64,000 bases of DNA from Selaginella moellendorffii (GCF_000143415.4 NW_003314277.1:1062224-1126223); one strand, 5' to 3'. Shown: positions 37,980 to 51,506, numbered from the stretch's first letter. Numbers and translations are program-made. Notes: a model not told the origin generated them from the sequence alone.

Positions 37980-38895
37980 ATCATGATCGCGTTTTTAGCT
38001 GTGTTTGTGACAATCCTCCTTGGAATGGACAATGGTGGAACGCAGCAGCCCATAAGCGAAACGGCCAGAAGTGCCGGCAGTAACACTTCTTCGCTTGGAG
38101 CACGAGAAGGCATCTTGTGTTTGGACTCGGAGTGAAAGAATCAACTCAGTCCCAGTCCCTTACGCTCGTGGCCTGATAATCCTGGGGAACTCACGGCAAG
38201 AGCCATCATATCTTGGCGCATCATTGTGGAAGTACTCCTCGGGCGGTAAGATAGTGAAGGCTCTCAAAACGCTCTCCTGGATTTGCTTTGAATCCACAGG
38301 GACCTTCATCTTCCAATACGGTCTCATCACCTGCCGGCATTATCTCTGGCTGTAAACAGGCGACGGGGCCTCGCAGGGCGCGTCCTCACGGGTGAGCGTG
38401 TACTCCATTTCCTTGAGATTACAAACTTCCAGGAGAAATTACGAACTTTAACTCACCTCAGGTCTGAATGGGTCGCGCTTGAGCTCTCCCGCAAAGACAT
38501 GCTTTGGATCGGTAGGGGGAATGGAGTTGCAATCCTTTTTGCAGTGGCTGGGCAGTCCACACCTCCCGCACTCTCGCAAGTCCCGGCTCCAAGAGTCCCT
38601 CCCTGGTTTTGCTTCAAACACTTCTACCGGGTGGCACTCGTAGCCCGTGTCCGGCAAGGGCTATCTTATCAATGGCCTTGCGCATGCCTCTCTCGCTGCT
38701 AAAGGTGACGAGGCCATAGTCCATTGGGAAGTTCTTCTCGTCATACATGATCTAATTGAAAAAGAAGAGAATGTAAAAACAGAAAGTGCAATTTACCTTT
38801 GCGCTGGTGATATCTCCAAGCTGGATGAATCCTTCCAGGTCTCGTTGATCGGCATACCAGGGCAAGCTGCCCACAATGCAAGTGAAGCCGCCCAT
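37980..38895 (-). pseudogene. Inverted paralog of the 35616 RRM-zinc-knuckle gene
   Basis: Near-identical exons 1-2; 8-nt deletion near 38665 shifts the frame; TAA in exon 3; further remnant at 39030-39100. Confidence 0.8.
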
Positions 38896-39528
38896 GAGTG
38901 CTCTATGAATTACAGCCTTCCGAAAAAATATCTATCCAATTGTGAGCTTTGTTACACTTCATACAATCAGCTGTTGAAAATTTACATTTTAACCAGCCAA
39001 AATAGCTTAAGCTTTTGTAATGATGCTATAACTCACCTGTCTGAATGGGGGTCAAAGGTATGCTTTGCATCAGTTGGCTGGGCAGTCCACACCTCTCGCC
39101 CGTCCCTCCCTAAACTAAACAAGAGGGTTGTTAATTGAATTTAAAGGACAAAGTTCAAGGGTTTTTTAATTATTACTTTGCTGATAAGACTGTTTATCAT
39201 GGTAAAACAACATCATTGACGCAAATCTGGGAAACTTAGGAATCTCTTTGAATCAAAGCAAAGCAACAATAAAACAGCAAAGGGGACATACAAAACAATT
39301 GACGTGTGGAATAATCTTGGGCTCATGAGAGATCAAATTGGCCATCCTCTAGTGACCGGCAGATAATTTTCTAAAGAAAATACACGACTTTTCAAAACAA
39401 AGACATTGTTTTAAACATTTTTAAAGTGAAAAAAATTAGTTGTGGTTACTACTAGAGGTTTTATTTGCAAGAATTATTTTATTCACATCATCCCAAAAAA
39501 TAATCACTCCATTCACAGTATACTCTCT

Positions 39529-42500
39529 CTACCTGAATCCTCCCTGCTGCTGCGATGGGTTATACATCCCCATCCCCATGCCATTCATCATGGGCGGCGC
39601 CATGGGCATCATGCTAGGATGCATTCCCATGGGCGGTGGAGGCACCATGCCCATGCCCATGCCCATGCCCATACCCATTTGTCCACCCATGATGGGTGGT
39701 GGCGGCGGAGGTGCCCTGTGCATTATACTAGCACCAGCCAGCCCGAGACCAGAGCCCGACCCCATTGCCTGGCCTTTCGTCGCTGGCACCGACGATGTTT
39801 TCTTTTCTTCTCTTCTGGAAGCCGAGACTTTGGATTCCGTCAAGTGGATCCCCAGCTCCGCGAGAGGATCGCTCTTTACTGCAAACAGTGAAACAAATGT
39901 GAGTTGGGGGGGGAAAAGAAGCAGAGATGTCATACGTACATGGTCCTATGTTGAGGTTCACGAGACCCGAGCTGAGAGTGTCGGCCCAGACCGCGGACTT
40001 TGGCTGGAAAGGTTCCTGCTGCTTCGGCTTGGCGTGCAGAGTTGTGTCTTGGACCGAACTTTGCTGTTGCTGCTGCTGCTGCTGTGGAGCAAAAGGTTGT
40101 GAATAAGTTGGAGTTTGCTGCTGCTGCTGAAGAAACGACTGCGGCTGCTGCTGCTGCGGGAAACCGGCCTGTGCAAAGTGCGGCGGACGGAAAGTTGGTG
40201 GCTGTGGCACGAAAGACTGGGCCTGCTGTTGGAAGGCCGGTTGTTGTTGCTGAGGGAATTGCTGCTGCTGGAAGGGAAACTGCTGCTGAGGAGGGAACTG
40301 TTGTTGCTGCTGTGGACGGAAAGGTGGCATTTGCTGCTGCGGAGGAAACTGTTCCTGGGGTGGAAGCTGCTGCGGAGGGAACTGCTGCTGCGATGGTAGC
40401 TGCTGTGGAGGAAACTGTTCCTGGGGTGGAAGCTGCTGCGGAGGGAACTGCTGCTGCGATGGTAGCTGCTGTGGAGGAAACTGTTGCTGCGGCTGCAACT
40501 GCTGCGGAGGAAACTGTTGCTGCGAAGGAAGCTGCTGCTGCAACTGCTGCGGAAGAAACTGTTGCTGCGATGGAAGCTGCTGCTGCAACTGCTGCGGAGG
40601 AAACTGTTGTTGTGCATGGAATTGTTGCTGAGGCAAGCTTTGCTCTTGCTGCTGCTGTGGAAGTTGCTGCGGCGGCGATTGACTGTTTTGCGCTTGGAAA
40701 GGATTGTCAGAAGACAATTGCGATGGCAACTCAGGCTGAGATTCCTGTTCGTACTGCGACTGTGGAACAAGGGCCAACGCTAGAGAGTCTTCAAATGAAT
40801 TCGCTACACCATTGGTTGCGCCATCGGGAGCATTAGCGTGAAACTCTGGCGTACCGAAAGGATTCGAGGGGTCAAGATCCTAAACACCAAAGCACGTGAT
40901 TATAACATGAACTGCGATTCGTCCCCATACTTACGGTGCTTGACGCGGAGGGAGCACTAGTGGGAGCAAATAGCTCCTCGACAGCACTTAGAAATGTCGG
41001 AGGTGCAGTTCCTGCCGATGTCAGTTTTGGCTCGTGACCAAAAAGATCTTGGTCCGATGAAGAACCTATACAAAGGTGATCAGTCTGGCAACAAAATAAA
41101 AAGAAGAAACACAAAGTTGAGCAGTACATACCGGGTATGGAGCCTCGTGGGTCAAATTCATCAACTGGAGAGCTTTCCGTCTTGGTTTCTTCTCGTAACT
41201 CTTCCTCTTTTTTAGCGTGGCTCTCTAAAGGAGCAACAGTATCGTTCCTGCTGACATACAACATATGCAAGTAAGCGCCGGTGCACGCATACATTAAGTA
41301 CGTATATACCCCTTGCTTTGAGATCCATTTGCCGGACTAGAAACCTCTTCATAGCTCGGGGGATTCGACCTCCCTCTTGACTGCTTTCTCTCGGATTTCC
41401 TGAAATCGCGATTGAGAATAAGTAAGCATTATAACGACAACTGCATACATACCAGTCGTCGTCATCTTTGCTCCCACTACTTCTGCAAATTGCATAGTCA
41501 GAATGGGAAGAGTTATAAGCACTGAGGTTGCATACCTTGCATCCTCATAGCCACGGTCTCTATCAGTGCCATCATACTTGTCGGAATAAGGACGATCACT
41601 GTCTCGGCCATAGCGATCATCATCTCGGTATCTGTCTCCGTCTCTGTATCTGTCGTCATATCGATCCCCGTCCCTGTATCTATCTCCGGAATAGCGACCA
41701 CCCCCATATCTATCATCGTCGTCACGGTCTGAATAAGTACCGCCAGTGCTCGAGTAAGAACTCGAGCGATAAATCCCTCCAACAGAAGATACGCCACGGT
41801 ACCTGCATATGCAAGCATTGAGTGACAATCAACTGACGGGTGATCTACGTACTTGTCTCTGTTCGCAGCTGCTTTTTGACGAAATTCACGAATTTTTTCT
41901 TTGTCGTTTATAAGAGAAACTAATGCCTGGGCTTTCCTCCTTACAGTAAGTCCTTGGTCCCTACCACTAGAGTCCACATATTGAAAATCGACTAAAGTCT
42001 GCAAAACAACGCGGCTAAGAACTAGAAATAGTTGTGCTTGTTCTGCTACGAACCTGGATTTGGTAAGTGTGCTCCCGCAGTTCATCTATGAATCTTTCAG
42101 CGCCATGACCAACAAGAAACTCCATCACCGTCAGAGACTGTTACAAACACAACAAGAAGTTCAAAAAAACTTTGCTTGCATTGGAAAAAAAAGGGTTTAA
42201 AAACCTTACCTTCAAGACATGACGCCAGTTCCTGCCTCGGTCATTCAGACGCTTCCATAAAATAGTCATGATCATCTGATACTCGTTACTGCAAGAAGGG
42301 AAAGCACAAAAAGCGATCAAGCACTGTGAAAAGCAAAACAATCTTCGAGATTACAAATTCCGAGTCGCTTGGGCGATATCAGCCATGAGTGTTCCATGAG
42401 GACCCCAAGGCTCGTTGCAAGTCGCTTCTAAGACCTTCGAAAACAAAAATGTAGCGCTACATGTAAGATCTCGAGAGCCAAAACCAAAAGACCTTTACCT

Positions 42501-42667
42501 TTCTCTCGATTTCTGGAACTTTAAGCACCTTCTTGTTCACTTCTCTCTTCCTGCAATACCAAAAAAAATGTTGGGCATCACCAGGAATTCCCCCCACTGT
42601 TCGAAGAAAATCGAGCGAAAACTCACATATTCCGGACCGTCTTATCCAGCGCCTTCTTCAAATCCAT
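39529..42667 (-). CDS. ENTH-domain clathrin interactor (epsin-like)
   Basis: [80 protein letters not shown]-rich C-terminus. Confidence 0.92.
40060..40700 (-). repeat. Coding Q/P-rich tandem repeats within the epsin gene
   Basis: Repeated [10 protein letters not shown] units, including a 57-nt duplicated unit near 40335-40480. Confidence 0.85.
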
Positions 42668-43079
42668 TTTCGCTACACCCAACAGGCCCTCGGGAGCTCC
42701 GGATCTGGGATCTCCGCGCTAGGTCGCGATATTCAGCCGGATCTGAGGCAGCCGCAGCGAAATCTCTTCAGATGCCATCGCCGGAGGCGCCGTCAGCAAT
42801 GCTTACCACATAAAAATCGCGAATTGACGCGCGCGAGCAACGCAAATCCGGAGGAAACGATGAGCCGCCTCTCGGAGGAGCATCAGCGCACGCGCACGAA
42901 AATGTAGAACAGGGAGATTCAGTAAAGAGAAACCCCTATCGTGGAGCACTTTTGGTCGTCCATTGGTTTAAAAGAACGGCGAGATGTGGCCCAACTTAGT
43001 ATACTGCATAGCCCCAGGTGGCGCCCCCAGGGCCGTCGGATTGCCCGAGTCAACTTTTTAAAATTTAGGGTTAGGGCTC

Positions 43080-44357
43080 ATGCGCTGTGGATGGGGACGT
43101 TGCAGCGTCGTGAGAGCGGCGCTCCACGGATCGATCGCATCGCCTCGATCGATCAGAAGCAGCAGCAGCAGCAGCAGCAGTGATCGGCGTCTCCGATTTT
43201 TCTTCGATGCTGAGAATGAGGTGCCAATCTTCTACGCGAACAGGATCGGTAGCTTCTGGTTCGAGCAAGATTTCCACGCGCTCTTCCGGAGAGCATACAG
43301 AGGGACTAGCGGCGATGGAGCAATGGATTACGCGAAGCTCGATCCGGCCGCCTGCATTGCGGCGATGGAGACGATCGGGCACACCCCGGCCAACAGGGAG
43401 ATTGGGGTGTGCACGATTCCAAAGCTCTTCCACGAGAAGGGATGCTATCGAATTCGCCAGTGGACAGGGGAGCTGATGGGGCGAGAGTTTTTCTACCACG
43501 ACGTCCTGCTGAGGCCGCTGGAGCTCCAGAGATTGCTACTCGAGGAAGAGCTCGCCAAGAACGGTGTTGTTCGTAGAGCAAGGTACTAGAGCGAGGAAAA
43601 AAAAGGTTTTCTTTTCTTCACGTCCGAGAGCTTCGCACAGATTCGCCAAGACAAAAGCGTGGATCGAGTCGGCCGCTGTGAAGCACGGGTTGGAAGTAGA
43701 GCTGATGAAGCAACAGGGATCCAACCTCGTCATCTTTCTGTCCCGGCAGGGATTGGAAAGGCGCAGCGCGATCGTCAAAGAGCTGGAAAAGGCTGGAGTT
43801 TGCGTCGAGGATGGGATCAAGCTCCAACTTTGGAGGCCCGAGGAGGATGCGCTCTACGCAGACACTCCACTTCCCTCGGAAAAAATGGCGGCCGAGAAGA
43901 TGAGACGCATGAACGAGCGACTTGCGATGACGCATTGTCAACTTTGTCCAAGAACAGAGGTACTCTTACGTTCTTCTTCTTTTTTTTTCTTTTTGTTTTT
44001 CTGAAGCACGACTTTTTCCAGGGAGAACCTGTGGAATGGTACGAGGAATCGCCATCAAGGCCATTGTACGGGAGAGATTACGGATTCACCACGGACAAGC
44101 TGGTGATAGACATCGATACAAATCGATGGAGGAGGAACGAGAACGCCATACCCTGGGAGGAGAGACTGCTAGCCACGCCTGGAGGGAAATTCAGAGAGGT
44201 ACTCACCATTGTCGACATTGATGGCACGCCAGCAGATTTAATGCTGCCGAAAAAGAGAGTTCGGGGTTGGGGTGCTGCCAAGTTTGACAGTGGCAGCGCC
44301 AGGAGAAAGTCGCCGTCCCGGAAAATCAAATTTTTTACAGACTTTCTCAAGAAGTAA
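43080..44357 (+). CDS. Unknown protein with a probable organellar transit peptide, 3 exons
   Basis: Exons 43080-43582, 43641-43959, 44022-44357 join in frame via GT-AG introns; R/S-rich N-terminus; telo-box just upstream; no family recognised. Confidence 0.7.
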
Positions 44358-45095
44358 AATAGATCGCACAAAAGGTTGGTTGAATTCACATGTATTTTCT
44401 CTTACCAGATTCTAGTTTTTTGCAGGATCTACCTCAGGAGTAAACTGTTCGTTGCAACGTCAAGCTGTTCATTCCTGTCGATGACGTTCGTATCCTCCAG
44501 ATGTATTATCAGATGTATCTTCTCTTACCGGATTCTTTTTTTTTTTTTCCCAGGATCTACTGCAAGCTGTTCGTTGCTACTTCAGGCTGTTGAAGATGTT
44601 GCTCGAATTTCTGTCGATGACGTCTCTCCTGGTTCGTGTCCTCGATTCGAGAGTATCGTCCCGGCTCCCAAGAGCAAAGCCTGTCCACGATCGAGAAACT
44701 TAACTTCACCAGCGTTCCTCCTCAGTCCTCACAAGCACGACTAGGCAAATCGAGAAAGCCTGTGGAAACCAGACTTTCAGTCACTCTCGGCTTCTTCCAG
44801 AAGATCTCGTCCCAGATCACGGCAAGGTGATCTCGAGGACTGTGGATCTTGCACTCTCGCTGCTAGCGCCGATTCGGCAGAGAATTGCCATGCTTGTCCT
44901 TCCGTGCTGGTAAAGTCGGCATTGCTACAAGTCAGGCACAAAGTTCCATGGAGTTTTCTAGCGCTGGAAGTTTTCTAGTCCCGTTTCTAAGTCCGTTCTA
45001 AGCGTTCATTGTTACTCCAATTGAAAATCGCCCTTTTTAGGGCAACCATAGTATAGTCCTCTGTTTTAGGGTTTTTCTCTGGAAGCGCAGATCAA

Positions 45096-48000
45096 ATGAG
45101 CTCCCAGGTACCGCCGTATGGAGCCCCGATCCGGCCGGGCGGATTCCCTCCACAGTATGGATCTATGCCGCTGCAAGCTCCCCCCGATGGATCCTTCATC
45201 CGGCCGCCACCGTATGGATCTGCGCCGCCACCGCCGCTGCCGGGATCTCAAGCCGCTGCTCCTCCTCCCGGAGCTGGAGCTACGCCAGTGCCACAGTATG
45301 GCGCGTCGAATCAGCCGGGCATGGTAGGTTTTCGGCCACAGTATGGCGGATCTCTGCGACCTCCGCCTCCATTCCAAGGTATGGCGCCGCCTTCTCGTCC
45401 ATTCCAGGGCCCGGGAGTGGGATCAGGACAGGAAATTTCGAGCTTCCAGGCGAATTCAGGCATGCCGGCGCCATTCCAGAGCCAGTCGGCGTCGATCCAA
45501 GGGCCTCCCCAGTTCCAGGGCCCTCCTCCATCGTTCCAGAGCTCAATCCAGGGGCCTCCATCTTTCCAGAGCCACCCCTCCTCGATCCAGGGACAGCCGC
45601 CGCAGCCATTCCAGAGCCATCCTCAAGCTCCTCCACAGCCTCTACAGATGCAAGGGCCTCCACTCCAGCCTCCACAGTTTCTAAGCCGGCCGCCAGGGCC
45701 TGGTTACTCGCAAATGCCGCCTCCTCCTGGCCAGAATTGGAGACCCTCTGTGAGTATCGGGTTTTTTGGAGAAAGCTCTCTAATGCTTGTTTTCTCTGTT
45801 GCTAGATTGGAGATAATTTACAGCAGCCTGGCTCTCCCTCTACGACTCCTTCGCAACGCATTGATCCATCTCAAATTCCCCGCCCTCAGCCCAGCTTCGC
45901 TACGTCCGTTTATGATACAGTTTCTAGCGGTCCAATTCCTCCGGTAAGCCTGCGAAACTCTTGTGTTCCTCCTTTTATAACTTTTTCCTTCGATGCAGTC
46001 TTCGACGAGTGATTTTTACGTGAGAGATGCCGGAAACTGTAGCCCAAGGATTATGCGAAGCACTCTTTATCAGGTAAGGTGGTAAACACTGGTGTTTCTG
46101 GCGTTCTGATTGTGAGAAACTTAGGTTCCATGCACCGCGGATTTGCTAAACACCTCGAAAATGCCTCTGGCTCTGATAATTCAGCCACTCGCCCTCCCTC
46201 ACGTGAATGAAGAGCCTATCAAGGTACTCAAGAGAAGCAAAGATTGTTGTTTTTGGTAGCTCAAATGCTTGGCAGGTTGTTGACTTTGGAGAAAGTGGGC
46301 CAGTTCGGTGCAATAGATGTAAAGCATACATTAATTCCTTTATGAAGTTTATCGACCAAGGACGCCGTTTTGTTTGCAATATTTGTGGTAAGATGTTTTC
46401 TATGCAAGCATGAAATCTAACGTGCTACATCAACAGGACACACAAACGAAACTCCGCGAGATTACGTTTGCAACCTCGGACCGGATGGACGAAGGAGAGA
46501 CGCTGACGACAGGCCTGAACTCTCTCGTGGAACAGTCGAGTTCGTTGCAACCCAAGAGTATTTGGTACGTATTAGCAATATACAGACAGTCGTAAGAGTT
46601 AAAATAAATTTTGTAGCTTCGACCTCCAATGCCACCAGTGTTCTTCTTTCTGGTGGATGTCTCAGCTAATGCTATCAAGACGGGAGCGGCCGCCGCAGCT
46701 TGCAGTGCTATTCAGAGAGTTCTGGCGGATATTGCAGTAAGCTCGGTGCATAGTTTTTTGTGCTACTTGAATCATTCAAAATTTTGCTTTACGTTCAGGA
46801 AGGTCCTAGGACAATGGTTGGAGTTGCAACGTTTGATTCAACTATACACTTCTACAATTTGAGTAAAGACCTGCAACAGGTTTAGATAATGTTCTTTTTT
46901 TATTCAAATCCTTCCTAAGTCGATATCGACAGCCATCCATGCTCGTAGTGCCAGACATACAAGACGTATATGTTCCAGTTGAAAACGGACTTGTGGTTCC
47001 TGTCGCTGAGGTTTGTAGTTGACCTTTCTAGTTTCTGTATTCATCTTTGATGATTGAAGGGCCGCGAGCACATGGAAACTCTTTTGGAGAACATACCCAA
47101 CATGTTTCATGACAACGTGGTTCAGGAATCAGCTCTTGGTGCAGCAATGAAGGTGCTTGGGCTTTAAGTTAGATACCTTGATACAAGGTGTTATTCTGTT
47201 GCAGGGGTCATTTCTGGCTTTGAAACCTACTGGGGGAAAGCTCTTAGTTTTCCAATCAGGTACTATGGACTAAAGCTTTTGTTTCGAACGTTCTTAAATG
47301 GGGTTTGCAGTTTTACCATCTATTGGCCTTGGAGCTTTAACCCCAAGGGAGGCGGAGGCGCGAGACAAATCTGCGGTATGGAGATTTACTTGTTTAGCAT
47401 GTGACTCTATTGTTTTATTCTTAGGAAGCGCACAAGGTGTTACAACCTGCAGATAAAACTTTGAAAGCCATGGCAGAGGAGTTTTCTTCGTCCCAGGTAC
47501 CAAGCAACTAGGTTTGTCCCTGCAACATGTAAGCTTTCGATCATGCAGGTTTGCGTGGACTTGTTTTTGACAACCCAAACATACGTCGATATAGCATCAC
47601 TTTCAGTTGTGCCCATCACAACTGGAGGTCAAGTATGTTACTGTCAATCTCCTTACTTTTTGTCCGACTGACATCGTGTTCAGGCTTATTATTATTTTCC
47701 CTTCTCTGCTACCATGGATTCAGCTAAGTTGTATAATGATTTACGATGGAACTTAACCAGGCCTCAAGGACTTGAAGCCGTGATGCGTGTGCGATGTAGT
47801 CAGGTAAAAGATATGAACTGGTTAGAACCTGTCTGAATCTCTCTTGTAGGGAATCAAAGTCCAGGACTACTTTGGCAGCTGTAAACGGGTTACCACTGAT
47901 GTCGATCTTCCTGCGGTAATTGATCTACATGGAACTAAGCTCCTGTAATGCAGTGTGTTTTTCTAGATTGATTGTGATAAATCCATTCTGGTCACGTTCA

Positions 48001-49317
48001 AGCACGAAGACAAATTCCAAGAAGGAGCGGACTGTTGTTTTCAGGTGCGCTTGCATTTACATAATGCTATTGCCTGTTCTGACTATTGCCAAACTTGTCA
48101 ATGCTTTTGTAGTCGGCGTTACTCTACACCACGGTCGATGGGCATAGACGTATCAGAGTTAGTACACTATCACTTACTTGCACGAACGTTCTGAGCAACC
48201 TTTTCAAAGGCGCGGATCTAGATGCACAGTTCACTTATCTTTTGAAAACTGGTAAGTAATCTGTGTGATTTTCGTTCAAGGTTCTGAAATTGCCTTTGAT
48301 ACAGCTGCTCAAGGCGTGCCTGTCTCCCCTCTTTCGCAAGTTAGGGAGCAAACCATTGGACAGTGTGTTCAGAGCTTGTTTTCGTATAGAAAGTTTTGCG
48401 CAACTGCATCTTCTTCGGGCCAGCTTATCTTGCCCGAATGCCTTAAGCTGCTACCGCTATATACACTCGGTAAGTTTCGTGTCGTTTGTTTTTTTAACTT
48501 TTCACAATGTCGTTTCCTTCTTTACAGCTCTTACAAAGAGCGTGGGTCTCCGGCAAGATGTTCGTGTTGATGAAAGAGCTTACTGGCTTATGCGAGCTAC
48601 AAGCATCTCGGCATCCCTCGCGATACCGTTGGTGTATCCCAGACTATTTTCCGTCCACAACATACCAAAGGTACTAGTTATCTCTTTGGTACTCTGATTA
48701 AAGCGCGTTTTGCATAGCTGGACGAGTCGAGTCTACCACCGACGCTTCCTCTATCAAGCGAGAACCTGGACCCAGAAGGAATCTTTCTTTTGGAGACCGG
48801 TGAGGACGCTTTTCTATACGCAGGGAAGGCTGTCTCCTCTGAGCTGCTTCATCAACTCTTTGAAGTGCGGTCTGTGAACGAAGTGATTCCCGGACAGGTA
48901 CTTCATTCCCTCGCTCGTATGACTCGTAATTTTCTTACTCTTGTTCTCTTTTGCAGTTTTTGTTGCAAGAGTACGATAACGAGCCATCAATTTTGCTGAA
49001 CAAGATGGTGAACGAGATCCGTCGCCAACGCTGCTCTTACCTGCGGTATGTTTCGATAAAAAAAGCTCTCACTAGTCTTTCTAACGCGGATGCTTGCTAT
49101 TCTAGGTTGCATTTGCTGAAGCGGGGAGATCCTTTAGGTGATCAAACACTCTCATTTTTTTTCTTTTTCGAGGCACTCTTGCTCATTCGGTTTTGTTACA
49201 GAGATGATGTTCCACTCCTTCATGATCGAGGACAAGAGCGGGCTGGGCTCGTCTTATGTGGAGTTCCTTGTCTACGTGCACAGGCAAATCCAGGTAAAAA
49301 TGCAGTCTGGGAGCTGA
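45096..49317 (+). CDS. SEC24: COPII coat subunit SEC24 (Sec24C/CEF-type), many short introns
   Basis: P/Q-rich N-terminus, [77 protein letters not shown]. Confidence 0.95.
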
Positions 49318-49739
49318 GCTTATTAAAAGCGGAAGAAATTCATTCAATAACATTCCCCATTAGTCATGAATCTAAAAGATTCTCAAGCATAGCATTTGCA
49401 AGAATTATGTTTTGGCAAACCCATTTTACTCCAGACGTTGTAAAACATTAATGTTTTTTACTACAATGAAAGCACAAATACCCAAAACGTCTGACTTCGC
49501 GCTTGACACGGTCGAAGATCTACATCCGTATCCGCGCGGCTTGACATTTTACTTTTCAACGTCGAAAAAGTCAGCAAGTTATCCGGAACTATAACACGCT
49601 CTCCTGCACTATAGATCCTCCCACTCCATACTCAAGCACATCAAAGCTCACACTCAAGCTCCTCCAAGTTTCTCTAGCTTTCTCCGATCTCGTTCACAAG
49701 TCTGGGATCACATCAAAGCAAGAGGCGTTCTTAAAAAAG

Positions 49740-49967
49740 ATGGCGAGCAACAAGATGCTGCTGGCGATGCTTGTGGTGGTGCTCCTGGTGGGAGTTGACA
49801 TTGGAGGAATTGCAAGTGCGAGCACCCAGGGGCGATGCAAGCCGGGGTGGCACTGGGATGGGAAGAAGTGCGTCTATTGCCAGCCAAACTGGTACTGGTA
49901 CAACAATTCTTGCCACCGCTGCAAGATGGGCTCGCACTGGACTGGAAGTTCCTGCAAGAAGAACTGA
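49740..49967 (+). CDS. Secreted Cys/Trp-rich modular peptide, type A copy 1 (3 modules), intact
   Basis: Signal-like MASNKMLLAMLVVVLLVGV followed by three C-x10-C modules; TATA-like box upstream. Confidence 0.85.
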   Translation: MASNKMLLAMLVVVLLVGVDIGGIASASTQGRCKPGWHWDGKKCVYCQPNWYWYNNSCHRCKMGSHWTGSSCKKN

Positions 49968-50608
49968 AGTTGCCTATCAAGATCCAAGCTTATGTAATAT
50001 GTCAACGACAATAAATATTGTGGTTGTGCTGTTTCTTGTGATAACCTTTTGGTGAATAAAATGTGTGTGCTTTTCTTTCCATGACATCCCATTCTAAGGC
50101 TCGGTTTCCTCATCCAGAATCCGCTTGACGAGAGACTTGCTGCCAATTTCACTTTTAGTTTCTAGCAACTCGAGCAGCAAGATTATCGAAATACCGAAGT
50201 CTTGCGCTGCTGAGTTTCATACTCGAGACAAGAGATGAGAGAGAAATGTGAATCATGCCTCTTAGTTTGGCCACAAGTGGACTTTAAGAAATTACGGTTC
50301 GTAAATTTCTTGCAGTTTCTAGCTATTTACTTTTAAAAATATTATCATATTTTTTAATGCATTGTCTTTTGATGATTTCACGGGACTTAAATAGAGACTG
50401 TTTCATCTGGATTGACCCCGTCAATCAAGCACAAACACGACATGTCGTGCCGGAGACGCAGTAAAAACCGTGTGCATAGCTACTCAGCCTCAAATCCTCC
50501 ATATAAATTGGTCCCACATTGGCAACACCATAACACAGCAAAGCATTTAATCAAGAGAAAGAAGAGATACAAGAAAAGCAATCAGTTTGCATTTCTATTG
50601 ACGATACA

Positions 50609-50924
50609 ATGGCGAGCAAGTCACAGCTGATGCTTCTGGCCACGTTTGACAATCCTCCTGGTTGGAGTGGACGTTGGTGGAATCGAAAGCGCAGCAGCCC
50701 AGCAGAAATGCAAATCTGGCTGGAACTAGGACGGCCACAAGTGCATCCAGTGTCCCAAAGGCTGGTACTGGTATAGCAACGATTGCCACCAATGTCTCTC
50801 CGGTTGGAAGTGGAGTGGAAGCAAATGCGTGAGTTGCCCGAGCAGCTGGTACTGGTACAACAACAAGTGCCACCAATGCCAATTTGGCTGGAAATGGAGC
50901 AAGGACCATTGCATCAAGAACTGA
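50609..50924 (+). pseudogene. Cys/Trp-rich peptide, type B copy 1 (5 modules)
   Basis: Paralog of 59324; 2-nt deletion in the signal region and TGG>TAG near 50727. Confidence 0.85.
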
Positions 50925-51064
50925 CCAAGTTGGAATCCAATATTTGATGGATCGTCACAAAATAATTGTCCCATGTCCATTTGGTTATGAAAGTATATGA
51001 AAGATGTGAGCTCGAACTCCCGACCCCAGCTTTCTTTCTTTCTAACCTTTATTTATCCTGCGGC

Positions 51065-51313
51065 TGCATTCTACGACTGATTTTTACTTTCAGCCAAGAT
51101 ACTCCACGAACACAAAAGAAGGCTTTAGTACAAGAGAAGCTACCAGAGAAGTGTCTATGTCATCTTTTCGACATTGTTTGAGGTAAACTTCAAGAAAAGT
51201 TTACGTGAATTTTCTAGTTCACTTGGTTTCCATCCTTCCCCACAGGATTGTGTTGTCTCAAATGCGGACCAAATCTGGATCAATCGGTACCCAGTCCAAG
51301 CCAAGGCCGCATT
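51065..51313 (+). pseudogene. Pectin methylesterase fragment carried in the duplication
   Basis: Homologous to approx. 62745-63010, including the intron. Confidence 0.75.
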
Positions 51314-51506
51314 GTATCACAGCTTCACATTTGATTTTTTAACGTAGATATTGTCAATGAGTAGCCCTGAACTAACTTGGAGAAGCTTGAAGTGTTGGAT
51401 GGGAGGATTTACAGTTCTAGGCTGTGACCACGTCTTATAGGATTAGCACTCAAAGTTTCTTATCGTTTGCAAGTCGAGACAGAGGCAAGAGGAGAGCTTT
51501 AAGAAA

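Noticed and set aside
44390-44630. Degenerate duplication of about 125 bp and the 122-aa ORF over it
   Set aside because: No coherent gene model; probably a 3' UTR or intergenic duplication
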